A DNA stretch of 63,707 bases, counting the filler, from Octopus bimaculoides (taxonomy: Eukaryota), in NCBI RefSeq assembly GCF_001194135.2. It is 11 parts of 10 records of this genome, joined end to end, with 100 filler letters (N's around TTAATTAATTAA, not from the genome) between each part and the next. Parts side by side here need not be neighbours in the genome. Positions count along the whole stretch, not along the records: positions 1 to 9,489 come from NC_069002.1; positions 9,590 to 27,573 come from NC_069005.1; 9 more parts are not named here. One strand, given 5' to 3'. The notes under the pieces were generated by a model. That model saw nothing but the letters and a program-made list of their open reading frames with translations, was not told where the DNA came from and made no database searches. Both the position numbers and the translations under genes were made by a program. Of this stretch, positions 1 through 13,770 are shown in pieces (positions within the stretch are counted from its first letter, which is position 1; every line of letters starts with the position of its first letter).

Positions 1-45
<45 letters not shown>

Positions 46-599
46 CACACTGGAATATATCTACATTAGCTATAGAAAATAATACATGTATGTAAGTAAA
101 CGGCATCGTCCCGGCTGGAGCGTCTTTGAGTATTGGTTTACTCGATTAGAGCAACTGGTGGTATTAATTCGGGAGACGTGTTCTGGGTGGAAGGACAGGT
201 GTGGCATCAGGATTGGAAACAATCAGACGATACATGGTTGTGACAAAGGACGAGGGAATCGAAAAGCAAAGGGTGATGCTAGCTGCGATCTTATACAAAG
301 GAAAGCAGACGGTGTTTTACCCTTTTAGCATTGCGGTCACCCTGTCAAATGTAATGCTTGCTTATTCATATTGGTCTGCATTAAACGTGTTATTTCGTAG
401 CTTTGAGATTTCAATGATGTGACTATTTACTTTTAGAATGATATTGTAGGGTAGGTGTGAAAGGCCAGATCTGGCTGGTCTGAATATAAAATAGGTAGAA
501 TATTTTGAGCCTGAAAGATGAAAGATTTTAACGATGATAGTAAATGGCTGTGGATCATATTGTTTGAGGTGAATCAATAGGAGATGCATTGTGAGGCGG

Positions 600-805
600 C
601 GAAGTCACGGAATCGTTAGCGTGCTGGGAAAAGTGCTTAGTGGCATTTCTTCCGACTCTCCGTTCTGAGTTCAAATGCTGTCGGGGTCGACTCTGCCTTT
701 CATCCCTTCGGGGTCAGTGAAATAAGTACCAGTCGAGCAATGGGGTCGATGTCATCGACTTATCCCATTCCCGAATGTTGGCCCTGTGCCAACATTTGAA
801 ATCAG
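600..805 (+). mobile_element. tRNA-headed SINE, family D; related tandem-duplicated piece at 49951-50240
   Basis: gagttcaaa..ggtcgactctgcctttcatcc..ggggtc..aataagtaccagt..ggggtcgatgt..atcgact core recurs twice at 49951-50240. Confidence 0.65.
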
Positions 806-959
806 TTAATGGGAAAGGGGGTTGCGATTGTCATGTTAGGCCAGAGTGATTGGAAAAGTCCCCGTATTTGGCCATCGCGTGTATACGTAATTCTGAAACC
901 GAAACGTCGAGATGGAAATCTTGGAAGGAGTTTTGTTGAGAGGATAAAGTGAAGGTGCT

Positions 960-1538
960 TGCCTCCATTAAAGCTTCAAGATCAGCCAAGGCTGAACAGA
1001 TTGAAGATCAAACATGTTCCAGCCGTGTCCATCCCGTCGTAGTTTTCAAGATGGGAGCATCCTGGAAAATTTCCAATCACATTATTCAATATGATTTTCA
1101 TTTTTAAAATAGTCTTAGGTGATTTGAAGGCTATTTGGCTGCTATTTAAAGCGAATGGGTGAAGCGGTCGCGTGATTAGGCTGAACGGATTGGAAAAGTT
1201 TTCGCACTTGGCGACTGTGTGGACGAGGTTGTGCGACTGGAGCTGACGAGGTGGAGGGTTTGAGAAGAGATTTGTTGAGGCCATAAGGGAAAACGAAACA
1301 TGGCGAAAATATAGAAGCATTTCTTTCACAAGAGTATCATTAACGGGGCAATGGCGGGTAGAAAGATTCCAGAACGTTTGTCGGGATTTTCTTGAAAAGA
1401 GACCAAGCAGGTCCGCTACAAGTTAGTAATCGGAAAGCTTTCAAGATGGACGGTGCAATGAGGAGGGGTCCTCTGCTCTGCTCTCCCTCTCTCTGAAACA
1501 CACTTGACAGCTGTTGTGGCATTTGGTAAATATTTCTT
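960..1538 (-). mobile_element. Possible degenerate Penelope-like fragment
   Basis: Weak resemblance only: LFSNPP-LVS..R (compare PLE IFSEPPLVAYRR) and LIFNL near the end; frameshifted. Confidence 0.3.
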
Positions 1539-1989
1539 NNNNNNNNNNNNNNNNNNNNNNNNNNNNNNNNNNNNNNNNNNNNNNNNNNNNNNNNNNNNNN
1601 NNNNNNNNNNNNNNNNNNNNNNNNNNNNNNNNNNNNNNNNNNNNNNNNNNNNNNNNNNNNNNNNNNNNNNNNNNNNNNNNNNNNNNNNNNNNNNNNNNNN
1701 NNNNNNNNNNNNNNNNNNNNNNNNNNNNNNNNNNNNNNNNNNNNNNNNNNNNNNNNNNNNNNNNNNNNNNNNNNNNNNNNNNNNNNNNNNNNNNNNNNNN
1801 NNNNNNNNNNNNNNNNNNNNNNNNNNNNNNNNNNNNNNNNNNNNNNNNNNNNNNNNNNNNNNNNNNNNNNNNNNNNNNNNNNNNNNNNNNNNNNNNNNNN
1901 NNNNNNNNNNNNNNNNNNNNNNNNNNNNNNNNNNNNNNNNNNNNNNNNNNNNNNNNNNNNNNNNNNNNNNNNNNNNNNNNNNNNNNNNN

Positions 1990-2040
<51 letters not shown>

Positions 2041-2623
2041 CATATGCATACACACATATATATACAAATATAATATATATATATATATCCACACACACTC
2101 GTATAGACATACGTAATGTAATGGAATTTAGTAACTGTAAAATATAGTCTAGGTATACAAATACATACATATATACACATACATACATGCATACATACAT
2201 ACGTACATACATACATACATACGTACATACATACATACGTACATACATAGGCACACTCATACATATGATATATGCATATACATGTACCCACATACATACG
2301 CAATTACTAGAACATAAAAGGAGAGAAATAGCTTAGGTCTCTCAATAAAAATTAATAGGAATCAGTCAGGAATTGAATTCAAAAGAAAAATGTAATTGTT
2401 GTTTTCGGATAGGTCAGGAAGATATGTGTGTCTTGATTTGGCTATATCGATTTTATATCGATTTTATAGCTGTGGTTTCATTTTCTCCATAGTGTGAGTT
2501 AAGTCTCTTTTATTGCAAATTGAAAGAAAAAAATAAATAAAGAAGCGATGCCAAGCCCATAGTCTTTAATGACCTTTCGGAACGAGTGAGGTCAGTGTTT
2601 AATTTGTATGTCTGTGCGTTGAC

Positions 2624-2910
2624 GGTTGTGGGAAACGTGTGGGAAACGTGTGAGGATGTGTGGGAAATGTGTGGGCAATATGTGAGGACTGTGGGAAACG
2701 TGTGGGGAAACGTGTGGGAAACGTGTGGGAAACGTGTGGGAAACGTGTAGAAAACGTGTGAGAACGTGTGGGAAGCGTGTGAGGACATGTGAGAAACATG
2801 TAGGAAACGTGTGGGAAGCGTGTGAGGACATGTGAGAAACATGTAGGAAACGTGTGGGAACATGGGGGAAACGTGTGGGAATATGTGGGGAACGTGTGGG
2901 TGGGAATGCC
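2624..2910 (+). repeat. 11-bp minisatellite (GTGGGAAACGT)n with degenerate units and a 43-bp higher-order duplication
   Basis: Read directly from sequence. Confidence 0.9.
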
Positions 2911-4084
2911 ATCTAGTTAAGGAGTGGGGGAACGATTGGGTGAAATATTTTGTACGAAGTATCTGGGAAAGACAATGTTTTAGAATGGTTGGGTTAAAGA
3001 ATGTGGGTACATCGAATGAAATGAGGTTGGGGTGTTAGACGGGTAGTATTGGGGTTGTTGATTATTGACTCTAGAAGAAGAGTCAAAAAATTATTTTTAT
3101 TCCCGGAGGAATCGGGTGGCAGGAATGTCATAAGGTTTCGAGAAGACCCTAAGCTAGTAAGACGATAGGATTGAGCAGGTCAGTTGAAGCGGCGTGCAAC
3201 AGGTTTTTGGATCCGCTGCTATTGCTGCACACGTCCAGCGAATTCTCAGGAGCCGTTGTAGAATGGAAGATGGTGACGGGTTTTGGCATAAGTTAATCAA
3301 GTTAAATGTTAGGCCTTCTCAATCAGCAAGGTTCAAAATAAAATATGGGAACAGGACCCAAGAAACTGCTTTAGTTGCGTGGGAAAGTATTCAATAAAAA
3401 ATCGTCATTAAGTCTTTTTTTGCGCTGTGGTATTACATTTCAGAAATTTTACGTTCGATGAAATTTGTCAGTATGAGTAGATCGGATGCAGATGAAGCTG
3501 TATACATCTGCCAACAACAACGAGGAGGCGGCAGCGGAGGAGGAGAAGACACCACGACGTACATTTATTTTCCAAATGAAATTAATTTATTTTAATTATT
3601 TAGTTTTCTTTCATAATGTTGTATGGATAGCAAAAATTTAAAGTGTTAAGTTATGTTTTAAGCAAAAATTTTCTGTTTTCTTGCCTTCAAAAAAGACAGA
3701 CATTTGAGTGTGGACATCAGAAAAGAAAAAAAGGATTAACTTAAATAGATACAAACACTTGATAGGTGTATTAGTCGAGCGACAAATAAGGGTACATAAA
3801 CCCTGGGATCCTCAGCAGAATCTGAAACAATCACTGCCAGGTACCTCTGCTAACGAGAGAACAGAGTTTGGTATCTCAGCTGAAGGAAACACCGGAAGTG
3901 ATACAAATTTGAGTGCTGAACAACAGAATTCCACAGGTAAAACAACAAATTTCATGATAATCAAGGACCTGGTAAATCCAAAATATTAAGGAATATTTAA
4001 TAATTAAGGACAAACTCTGAAACTGGATCCTTAAAGATTCTTCAGAATGTTTAGACTGGAACAATCCATTCGTAAACTCAAGAC

Positions 4085-4435
4085 CAGGTGCTCTCAACCA
4101 TTTTTTTTTATCTATGGACCCCTTTGATTACTATTTCTATTCTGGTGGACCCCCATAGCCATTCAATGTTTAAAAACTAGTTTTATAGAAGCTTCTATTA
4201 AAATACCTATATTATTTTTCATCCATTAACTTGTGTAGGTTGAACTATGGTAAAATGTTTGAGAAAGAAACGAAGCTGTTTCTTGCAGTACCTACGAAAA
4301 CATACATAAAATTTTTTTTTTCAGGGGCCCTTAAAATACTATTGTGGATCTCTAATTTCCTATTTTGCTGTGTGGAACCCCCAAAACTTTATATGGACCC
4401 TCAGGGGCCGTATGGACCCCGTTTGAGAACCACTG
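4085..4435. mobile_element. hAT/Charlie-type MITE
   Basis: Termini caggtgctctcaacc / gtttgagaaccactg with internal ggacccc repeats. Related ends at about 10160-10180 and 47775-47830. Confidence 0.6.
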
Positions 4436-6185
4436 GTCTAAACAGTCGTTAATAAAATGAATTAAAGCGATCAGGTCTGGCTGCTGTACACTCAAACAAC
4501 TGATTGCGTTCATTGCTTTGTCTGAAAAACTTTCTTTTAACACACTGTATGTTTCGGGCATGTTGGAAATGGTGTTGCTGTTGTTGTTGTAGTAATCATG
4601 GTATGAGATTAGGCTGGCTGCGTATATTACAACGGAAGCAAAACTCCGAATATTTAACAACAGATTTATTTACGGGTTGGCCGAACATACATACATAAAT
4701 GATCAAATCCTCAATGGAAGAGTGACTAGAATATATGGATCGACTCAACTGTGTTTTCTCGGCCATCAGTCATCTTGAGGATGCGTAACCACCGAGTCGT
4801 GTTGAAGCTATGTCCTTGGGTTGCTGAGTGAGAGCTGAGGTGTGTCTTGTTTGAATGCCATAAGAAGATCAAGGTGATTTTCTTGTAGCGTTAAACTGCT
4901 TAACTAGAGAAAACAGGTTCGAATCTGAAGGACACTCGAGATGATGTTCTAACTGGTGGCGTGATCTCCTGCAAACTATTTGGTTGATTAATGTGTTCAC
5001 ACGAACACTGCATGCCTCAACTGTAGCTCACTTATGATAACGAACCCATAACTTAACGGAAGGGATTCAAATTCCAACAGGTTTTTTACCTCCCAAATGT
5101 CCAAGAAAATACCCCATATTATCAAAAGCCGCCATTAGTCACTGAAAAATTGTAGTTTCAGTGCTTTACTAGGCCTACTGGTGGCCAAAACGAACTCCAT
5201 TGTATAAGTAAAACACGAATGGTTATGTGGTGATATGGAATAGTTTGGAGTTGGCTGGATTTCATTTATTTTCTCCAGAATAAGCATGACAAAATTTCGG
5301 TTAAAGCTCTACCTTTTGGTGGATTTTCTGACTTGCGAAATCTTATCGTAAGTCAAAGTCTTAAAAACTTTGAAGAATTTAGAACTTCTTTGCCGACATA
5401 TTCGATAATGGGGTTTGGCTTTAGACTAGGGACTAGCGGAAGAAATAAAAATAAAACAACAGTACTGAAGGAATGTGTCGCACGGCACGTTGCCCCCTTC
5501 AGCAAGGCACTTTATTTCACGTTGCTTCAGTCTACTCAGCTGTAAATAAGAACCATCCGGCAACTGTCACATCCTGACTTTACTACAGGGTTAAAGGACA
5601 GGAAGGCTTACGTCTGCTCGCGACTACACAGGCCCTAAAACAATTAACGAAAGCATGGTACATACTACCCGGTCATAACCGCTTGCGAGTGACGGCTGTG
5701 GTTCGTGGTGCTTAATGCATCTTTTAAGGCAAGAACGTGCGTTAGAAGAGAGATTTGGTTGTTATTTTTAGCACCACGAGCGACCACATAGTGGTTCCCT
5801 CATTAAGTCGTTATTTCATGTGCATCGTTTCCATGTTGTATACATTTAGAACATGTGTGTCGAGAGATAAAGGTTATATACATATATATTGAAAGAGTCG
5901 TTGCTATGGATACGTTATTAAAATTATATCGTATTGGATGAAAAGGAACGAATACATGCATACATACGTATATACATACATATACATATACACATTACTT
6001 ATATATATATGTATATACATACTTATGTATGTATATATACACACACATGAGTATATATATATATATATATATATTTCTTTTACAAACTTAAAAATAGATA
6101 AAACGATTTTAAGGAAACAATGGCTCCAGTTATTACACAAAAGCATGACTCATGCATGCGCGCGCGCATATCTATATATATATAC

Positions 6186-6227
<42 letters not shown>

Positions 6228-6717
6228 NNNNNNNNNNNNNNNNNNNNNNNNNNNNNNNNNNNNNNNNNNNNNNNNNNNNNNNNNNNNNNNNNNNNNNNNN
6301 NNNNNNNNNNNNNNNNNNNNNNNNNNNNNNNNNNNNNNNNNNNNNNNNNNNNNNNNNNNNNNNNNNNNNNNNNNNNNNNNNNNNNNNNNNNNNNNNNNNN
6401 NNNNNNNNNNNNNNNNNNNNNNNNNNNNNNNNNNNNNNNNNNNNNNNNNNNNNNNNNNNNNNNNNNNNNNNNNNNNNNNNNNNNNNNNNNNNNNNNNNNN
6501 NNNNNNNNNNNNNNNNNNNNNNNNNNNNNNNNNNNNNNNNNNNNNNNNNNNNNNNNNNNNNNNNNNNNNNNNNNNNNNNNNNNNNNNNNNNNNNNNNNNN
6601 NNNNNNNNNNNNNNNNNNNNNNNNNNNNNNNNNNNNNNNNNNNNNNNNNNNNNNNNNNNNNNNNNNNNNNNNNNNNNNNNNNNNNNNNNNNNNNNNNNNN
6701 NNNNNNNNNNNNNNNNN

Positions 6718-6755
<38 letters not shown>

Positions 6756-7680
6756 TTTGTATTGATTTGTCTAGAGTTACACGATCTCAAAAGATATATA
6801 CTTCACATATCCTTCACCCTGTTGCTACGCAACTCTAAACCTTCCCACCGTCATCTTTAACAAAACCACAATTTTCTAGTCCCCTACACTTCCTCCTCAG
6901 CCTTTGTCTCTATCTTCACATCATTGCACACAGTTTTACTCTTCATTCTCAACCTTTCGTCTCCTTACCGGAATCTGTCACTTCCTACTCACAAATCGAA
7001 CTTCCGCCCACAGCCTCTTCTCATCTACGAATGCTCCCCACTCGGTCTATGTTCTCCAAAACAACTCAGTCTCGACCCGAACATCGGACCTTCCTTCCGT
7101 CTTTTTTCTCCCAACAATCACATATTTCTCCATTCAGTAGTCGTATACATCCATTATCTTAAACCGCTATTTTTCATGTTTTTTACCAACTCGAAAGTGC
7201 GGTGCTTCACCAATTCTTTGGTCGTTTTCCCTTTCATTCCCACGCCTATGAGAGCGATGCGTACAGTCCTTAGTTTTTATAGCCTTTACTGGTGCTGGGT
7301 GATTCGATCCTTTGTAGATGAGTTTCAGACATGCGTCGAAACCGAGCGTTTCCTTCGACGAAACCAATCGTCTTTCTTTCTCATTAGGACCTCGGCCATA
7401 AATGTATTCAACATTGGAGATAAGGTTGGTTAAATGTCCTGCTGATGACGCCAATTGAGACACCTCTACCCCCTTCGCTACCCTTCACTTTTCCACACCA
7501 TTCTCTACTACGGTTATAGGAAATTTAGCCTTAAACATATTTGCCGTAGGAAAAGAATTTACTGTGAAAAAATGAATTGCAAAAAAACACCCCCAAAATC
7601 CAAAATGATTTAGCTGTTTTCTTAAAATGGCAACTTCATCAACCACCCTACCAATTAGAGAAAGATAATTTCTTTAAAGT

Positions 7681-7993
7681 GGAGGCGCAATGGCCCAGTG
7701 GTTAGGGCAGCGGGCTCGCGGTCGTAGGATCGCTGTTTCGATTCCCAGACCGAGCGTTGTGAGTGTTTATTGAGCGAAAACACCTAAAGTTCCACAAGGC
7801 TCCGGCAGGGGATGGTGGTGAACCCTGCTGTACTCTTTCACCACAACTTTCTCTCACTCTTACTTCCTGTTTCTGTTGTGCCTGTAATTCAAAGGGTCAG
7901 CCTTGTCACACTCTGTGTCACACTGGATCTCCTCGAGAACTACGTTAAGGGTACACGTGTCTGTGGAGTGCTCAGCCACTTGCACGTTAATTT
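7681..7993 (+). mobile_element. tRNA-headed SINE, family B
   Basis: Head ggaggcgcaatggcccagtggttagggcagcgg..tttcgattccc. Further copies at about 27705-27878(-) and 38870-39052(-). Confidence 0.8.
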
Positions 7994-8489
7994 NNNNNNN
8001 NNNNNNNNNNNNNNNNNNNNNNNNNNNNNNNNNNNNNNNNNNNNNNNNNNNNNNNNNNNNNNNNNNNNNNNNNNNNNNNNNNNNNNNNNNNNNNNNNNNN
8101 NNNNNNNNNNNNNNNNNNNNNNNNNNNNNNNNNNNNNNNNNNNNNNNNNNNNNNNNNNNNNNNNNNNNNNNNNNNNNNNNNNNNNNNNNNNNNNNNNNNN
8201 NNNNNNNNNNNNNNNNNNNNNNNNNNNNNNNNNNNNNNNNNNNNNNNNNNNNNNNNNNNNNNNNNNNNNNNNNNNNNNNNNNNNNNNNNNNNNNNNNNNN
8301 NNNNNNNNNNNNNNNNNNNNNNNNNNNNNNNNNNNNNNNNNNNNNNNNNNNNNNNNNNNNNNNNNNNNNNNNNNNNNNNNNNNNNNNNNNNNNNNNNNNN
8401 NNNNNNNNNNNNNNNNNNNNNNNNNNNNNNNNNNNNNNNNNNNNNNNNNNNNNNNNNNNNNNNNNNNNNNNNNNNNNNNNNNTGACACT

Positions 8490-8830
8490 CTTGGTCGCTT
8501 CAACACTCCCACCTTCGCAACGTTTAATTTCTGCCATTCGAGTCCGCTTCTATTCTCTCCAAACCTCCACTTCTATTCTTAAGAAGAGATGCAGATCAAT
8601 GCAACATTTTAGTCAGTAATTCTCTCACCCCCGCCTGACCCCCCCCCATGCTCCCAAACTCAGTGCCTTATTTGTCCCTTCATCACTCATACAACTACTC
8701 AGCAAAGCCCTATTCTAACTAATTCACTCCGTAGCTCGCAAACCACGCACTGCACTAGACGTGGGCGAAACAGGTCACCGTTTGGGAGACAAGTTCTGTT
8801 AGTCTTGCTCAATATTTATTTTCACTGCAG
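8490..8830 (+). mobile_element. Penelope-like GIY-YIG relic
   Basis: 8758-8796 reads DVGETGHRLGDKF, compared with the PLE motif YIGETGRRLGDRF. Confidence 0.5.
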
Positions 8831-9489
8831 CATTACAAATTTTCTATCGACCTCTTAATCATTTTTGCAACCGTACACCCTTACTCACGCACCCATGTAT
8901 TTCTAGTCCAATTACAGTTAAATGTAGGATTTACAGAGGCGCATGATCTGTAACGAGGTCAATAAGCTAACACGGAGTATTTGTGTCATTGCTTAAAATA
9001 TTTGTGCTGTTGTTTAAATACTTTAAACTTGTTCATCTACTTCGGTTTTCTGGCGAAGTATATCACTTGTTCCACTAAAAGAATATTCTCCCGCACAACC
9101 GTACGATTAAATTACACTTTTGCTGCAAGTTTTAATTTTAAACCATGTTCTGTTCAGGGAAATAAACTTAATGCAGTCACATATCAGTTTCCTGCTGTCT
9201 GTTGGTTGTTTGGCAACAAATATTAACTGTGTGACTCCTTACTGAGTTTTTATTTTAAATAAACAACTAGGATTATTTAGAAACCTCAAGCAGTGGGCCA
9301 TAGAGAAACGGTGTAGGGTTCGGAGAATAATGGATTCATTTCTATTCGTAGGTAATCGTAGCTGGAGTTGTTTAGCCCTAGGTCGACCTTGATGGAAGAG
9401 GGTATGATTAAAGGGTATGGTCTTATATATATATATAGGAAAAATAGAAGTTGAAAATACACTAAGAATGGTTAAAATGTTTTTATTAA

Positions 9490-9589
9490 NNNNNNNNNNN
9501 NNNNNNNNNNNNNNNNNNNNNNNNNNNNNNNNNTTAATTAATTAANNNNNNNNNNNNNNNNNNNNNNNNNNNNNNNNNNNNNNNNNNNN
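9490..9589. other. Artificial assembly spacer 44N-TTAATTAATTAA-44N (first of ten)
   Basis: Identical 100-bp structure with the 12-mer at 9534, 27618, 31966, 38813, 46931, 51718, 56827, 58126, 60251 and 62505; gives stops in all six frames. Confidence 0.95.
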
Positions 9590-9595
9590 CTGCGC

Positions 9596-9640
<45 letters not shown>

Positions 9641-9641
<1 letters not shown>

Positions 9642-9972
9642 GCGCAGGGCTCAGTGGTTAGAGCTTCGATCTTACAATCGTGAGATTGTGAGTTTGAATC
9701 CTGGACCGGGCTGCATGTTGTGTTCTTGAGCAAGACACTTTATTCCATGTTGCTCCAGTTCACTCAGCCGTAGAAATGAGTTGCGATGTCACTTGTGCCA
9801 AGCTGTATCGGCCTTTGCCTTTCCCTTGGATTACACTGGTGGTGTGGAGAGGGGGAGGCTGGTATACATGGGCGTCTGCTAGTCTTTCATAAACAACCTT
9901 GCCCAGACTTGTGCCTGTGAGGGTAACTTTCTAGGTACAATCCCATGGTCAGTCATGATCGAAGGGAGTCTC
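9641..9972 (+). mobile_element. tRNA-headed SINE, family C
   Basis: ggcgcagggctcagtggttagagc..gagtttgaatcc head, followed by a ttcttgagcaagacactt..cactcagc..aaatgag central domain. Confidence 0.7.
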
Positions 9973-10198
9973 AATACACACACACACACATGCATGTGTA
10001 TATAGTTGAAATGGAACCATGTGGTCGGTAAGCAAGCTACTTACCACACAGCCACATTATTCGAAATTGTATTTAAAAAAAAATATTTAAAATTTTTTGT
10101 ATATTGTTGAAGCAGAACCAGTTTATTGCAGATGAATTTTAACAAGAAAACCTTATTTGGACCCTGGTTGAAAACCACTGGCACTGACAGTTCATCAG

Positions 10199-10430
10199 CC
10201 CTTTAGCATTTAAACCAGGCCAAATCCAACCCGAAAATTCTACCTTGTTTTATGTTCCAACTGGCCAGATCCAACCCCTCGCACCTACCCTACAATGTCA
10301 TTCTAAAAATAAGCGATCACATCATTGAAATCTCGAAGCTATGAGATAATGATAATGCATGATTAATTCAAACGAACGTAAATAAATATGTATTATCGTT
10401 GAGAGAGTAATTTGAATGCTAAAGAGTTAA
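10199..10430 (+). mobile_element. About 230-bp MITE with CCCTTTAGCATT..AATGCTAAAGGG termini (piggyBac-like, TTAA-flanked)
   Basis: Further copies or pieces at about 430-590(-), 11640-11740, 12335-12545, 17319-17660 and 21240-21535. The copy at 26549-27162 is flanked by TTAA on both sides. Confidence 0.65.
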
Positions 10431-10649
10431 ATCTCTCTCTCTCTGTAACATATATGTATGTATATATATGTGTATATATAATAAAGTAAAGCTGTGTGTG
10501 TGCATCATTCATTATCAAGTGCTCTTTCTTTTCCTTCTTGTTTACAACAACTGAAGTCTTTGCTTTCAAGTGTTTACATATCTGACAGTTTCAAGTGTGT
10601 TAGCCTCATGACATAATTCTCCCATTCCGTCACTCTCTATCTCTCTCTT

Positions 10650-10724
<75 letters not shown>

Positions 10725-11959
10725 GTCTCTCTCTCTCTCTCTTCCGCCACTGTNNNNNNNNNNNNNNNNNNNNNNNNNNNNNNNNNNNNNNNNNNNNNNN
10801 NNNNNNNNNNNNNNNNNNNNNNNNNNNNNNNNNNNNNNNNNNNNNNNNNNNNNNNNNNNNNNNNNNNNNNNNNNNNNNNNNNNNNNNNNNNNNNNNNNNN
10901 NNNNNNNNNNNNNNNNNNNNNNNNNNNNNNNNNNNNNNNNNNNNNNNNNNNNNNNNNNNNNNNNNNNNNNNNNNNNNNNNNNNNNNNNNNNNNNNNNNNN
11001 NNNNNNNNNNNNNNNNNNNNNNNNNNNNNNNNNNNNNNNNNNNNNNNNNNNNNNNNNNNNNNNNNNNNNNNNNNNNNNNNNNNNNNNNNNNNNNNNNNNN
11101 NTTCTTTTTCTAATTTCTTTCCTTCTTTTTTGCTCTTGTCAGTTTCTGTTTTAATAAATCCACTGCACTAATCCTTTCCAGGCTCTCACATCTGCTTTCT
11201 CGAGCATTAAGTCAATGAAAAATAAATCTCCCTCCTGGATAGGCTACTAGACTTTCAAAGGCAGCAGCTCTCTTTAGAGTCAGCACTGCAAGCCAATCAA
11301 GATGTTGTTGTTGGCCCTGATCAAGTAGATCTAGGATCAAGGGCATTCCAGCCTTGACCAGCTTGTATTTTTGTATGTTGAGACAATGCAAGACCATATT
11401 TTCAAACGTGTCCTTTTCTGAGATGGTGGGATGTAACTTGAGGGATTTCGGCTGCTATTTCTAGCAGGTGAAGTAAACCTGCTCAGTTTTAAGCAGTCGG
11501 GGGTAAAACGTGACCTGCACGCAGGGATTTTCTGAATGGTGCACTTGAATGAAAAATTACCTTGAATTTTTTCACCTGTGCAATCCATTTGATGATGAAT
11601 CATGTTTCATGTGACCCACTCTTTGAAAAAAGTTGTCTGTGCCCTAATATTTTACCTGTTCTATGTACAAAGGGCCAGATCAGGCCTATCACACCTGCGC
11701 TACAACATCACGTTGTCAAAATCTCACATCTATGTCCAACTATTATTACCAAATATTCTAAAGAAATACATACTTAGAATCAATTCAACTAAGCTATAAC
11801 AACACTATACACAAAATAAATATTATTAACTATCTATTAAAAACAATAAGATTAAACAATCTATTTTATACTGAAATATAATTTATATCTGTATACCGTT
11901 AAGATACTTATTATTTTTATGATATTTAAATAATATTTAAATGTCACTAACAGCACTGT

Positions 11960-12335
11960 CTGGCTTCCGTGCCAGTAGCACGTAAATAGCACCATTTGAG
12001 CACGATCGTTACCAGCGTCACCTTACTGGCACTTGTGCCGGTGACACGTTTAGAAAACATTCGAGCAAGGTCATTACCAGTGCAGGTGGCACGTAAAAAA
12101 CGCCATTTTGAGCGTGGCTGTTGCCAGTACAACCTTACTGGCCCTCGTGCCAGTGGCACATAAAAGCACCCACTACACTCTTGGAGTGGTTGGTGTTAGG
12201 AAGGGCATCCAGCTGTAGAAACTCTGCCAGATCAGATTGGAGCCTGGTGCAGCCATCCGGTTCACCAGTCCTCAGTCAAATCGTCCAACCCATGCTAGCA
12301 TGGAAAGCGGACGTTAAACAATGATCATCATCATA
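11960..12335 (+). mobile_element. Retroposon sharing the RTE-like LINE 3' tail (ccagtcctcagtcaaatcgtccaacccatgctagcatgg..gatgatgat)
   Basis: Same tail at about 17675-17770, 19985-20265(-), 26655-27048, 34030-34165(-), 37625-37717(-) and 55950-56045. Confidence 0.75.
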
Positions 12336-13498
12336 ATGCATAATTGATTCAAAACAATGTGAATAAATAAGCGTTATATTTGACAGAGTAATCTGAATGC
12401 TAAAGGGTTAAACCAACCATATCTGACCCAAATATTCTAGCCGTTTTATGTTCAGACTGACCATATCTGGCCCCTCACATCTATCCTACAATGTCATTCT
12501 AAAAATAACAATCACACCATTGAAATCTCAAAGCTAGAATGATTAATTAACAAAGTAAATATATTTTTTTTGCTTCTGGTTCTTTCTTCCCCTCCACCCT
12601 AACCAATTTTAGAGACTTGCAGAAAGGATCTTGAGGTGCTGCTTATCTTATCTGAGCATTAAAAAAACAGAAAGAGAGATAAATGAAAATTAGTGACACC
12701 CCCTCTTCGCCCCTATCCACACCTGTCCATGTGGTTAGCTTAGTAATCACTCTGTCTTTTGTCACCGAGAGTGAGAAGGGACGTAACTCTATTTGACTCG
12801 ATATTTGCTGCAGATCTTTCGTTGTTGACCTGTTTGTGGAAAGGGAAATGAGAGCCTCTCCTCTTGTAACAAGTAAAAAAAACAAAAAAAAGAAAACCTA
12901 AGCAGGATATCTAATGAAAGACACCACATCCATCTTGGTTATAAAAGAAAATATTAATTTCCCAGGAAATGGCTTAAATATCAGAACTTCTTGATTCCAT
13001 TTCTTTGTAAATGTCAAGTTCCATCACACACACACTACTACTACTACTACTACTACTACACACACACACACACTACCCCTGTGTGTGTATATATATATGT
13101 ATATATATCAAGTCTTTTATTGTTTTCACTGACTGTAGCCATGCTGGAGCACTGCCCACGATTTATTTTAGCAATTTTTCCTCAGTTTCATTACATTTAG
13201 AACTTATTTTATCAATCTCTATTTATCCACGAGCTAAAGCCATCTTAGGTACAAAACTCAGTGGAGCATTGTTTTATTGGCTACCTGATGTTCCACCCAC
13301 CCTCACGACACACACACACAAATGATGGGCTTCAATGTAGTTTCATCACCCAAATTTCCCTCCCAAGACATTGGTCAATCCTGTAGCTGTTATAAAAAAG
13401 ACATACCTCAAGGTACCAGTTGAGTGGTATCCAGAACTTTGTTGTAAATCTACTTCTTAAACATACATCTACACCTGAAATAAATAAATTTATATATA

Positions 13499-13770
13499 TA
13501 CACGAGGGTGAGTCAAAAAGTAATGCCATTTTGTTTAGGACAGGTGTAATTACCAACATCCCTACTTCTCAACATAGTCACCGTTTCTCTCAATAGCAAC
13601 GTTCCACCTTCAAATGAGAGCATGTATCCCTGCCCCGTAAAATTCTGTTGACTGTTCTTTGAGCCACTTCTTCACAACCTCTACACTCACCAGATTTAGC
13701 GCCTTCAGACTATCATCTCTTCAGCGCCACAAAAGAGGGTTTGAGAAGCCAGACTATGAGATGTTGATAT
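13499..13770 (-). mobile_element. Mariner transposon 3' relic with terminal repeat and internal inversion
   Basis: TA-CACGAGGGTGAGTCAAAAAG end. Minus strand KWLKEQSTEFYGAGIHALI*RWNVAIERNGDYVEK*. Plus strand SPDLAPSDYHLF at about 13687-13722. Confidence 0.8.

Noticed and set aside
7681-7755. tRNA-like sequences here and at 9641, 20880-20946 and similar sites
   Set aside because: These are SINE heads continuing into repeat bodies; no complete cloverleaf or 3' terminator is supported.
12855-12920. ATGAGAGCC..GTAACAAGTAAAAAAAACAAA as a possible PTEN exon 1
   Set aside because: In-frame stop after a short basic run and no DGFDLDL motif.
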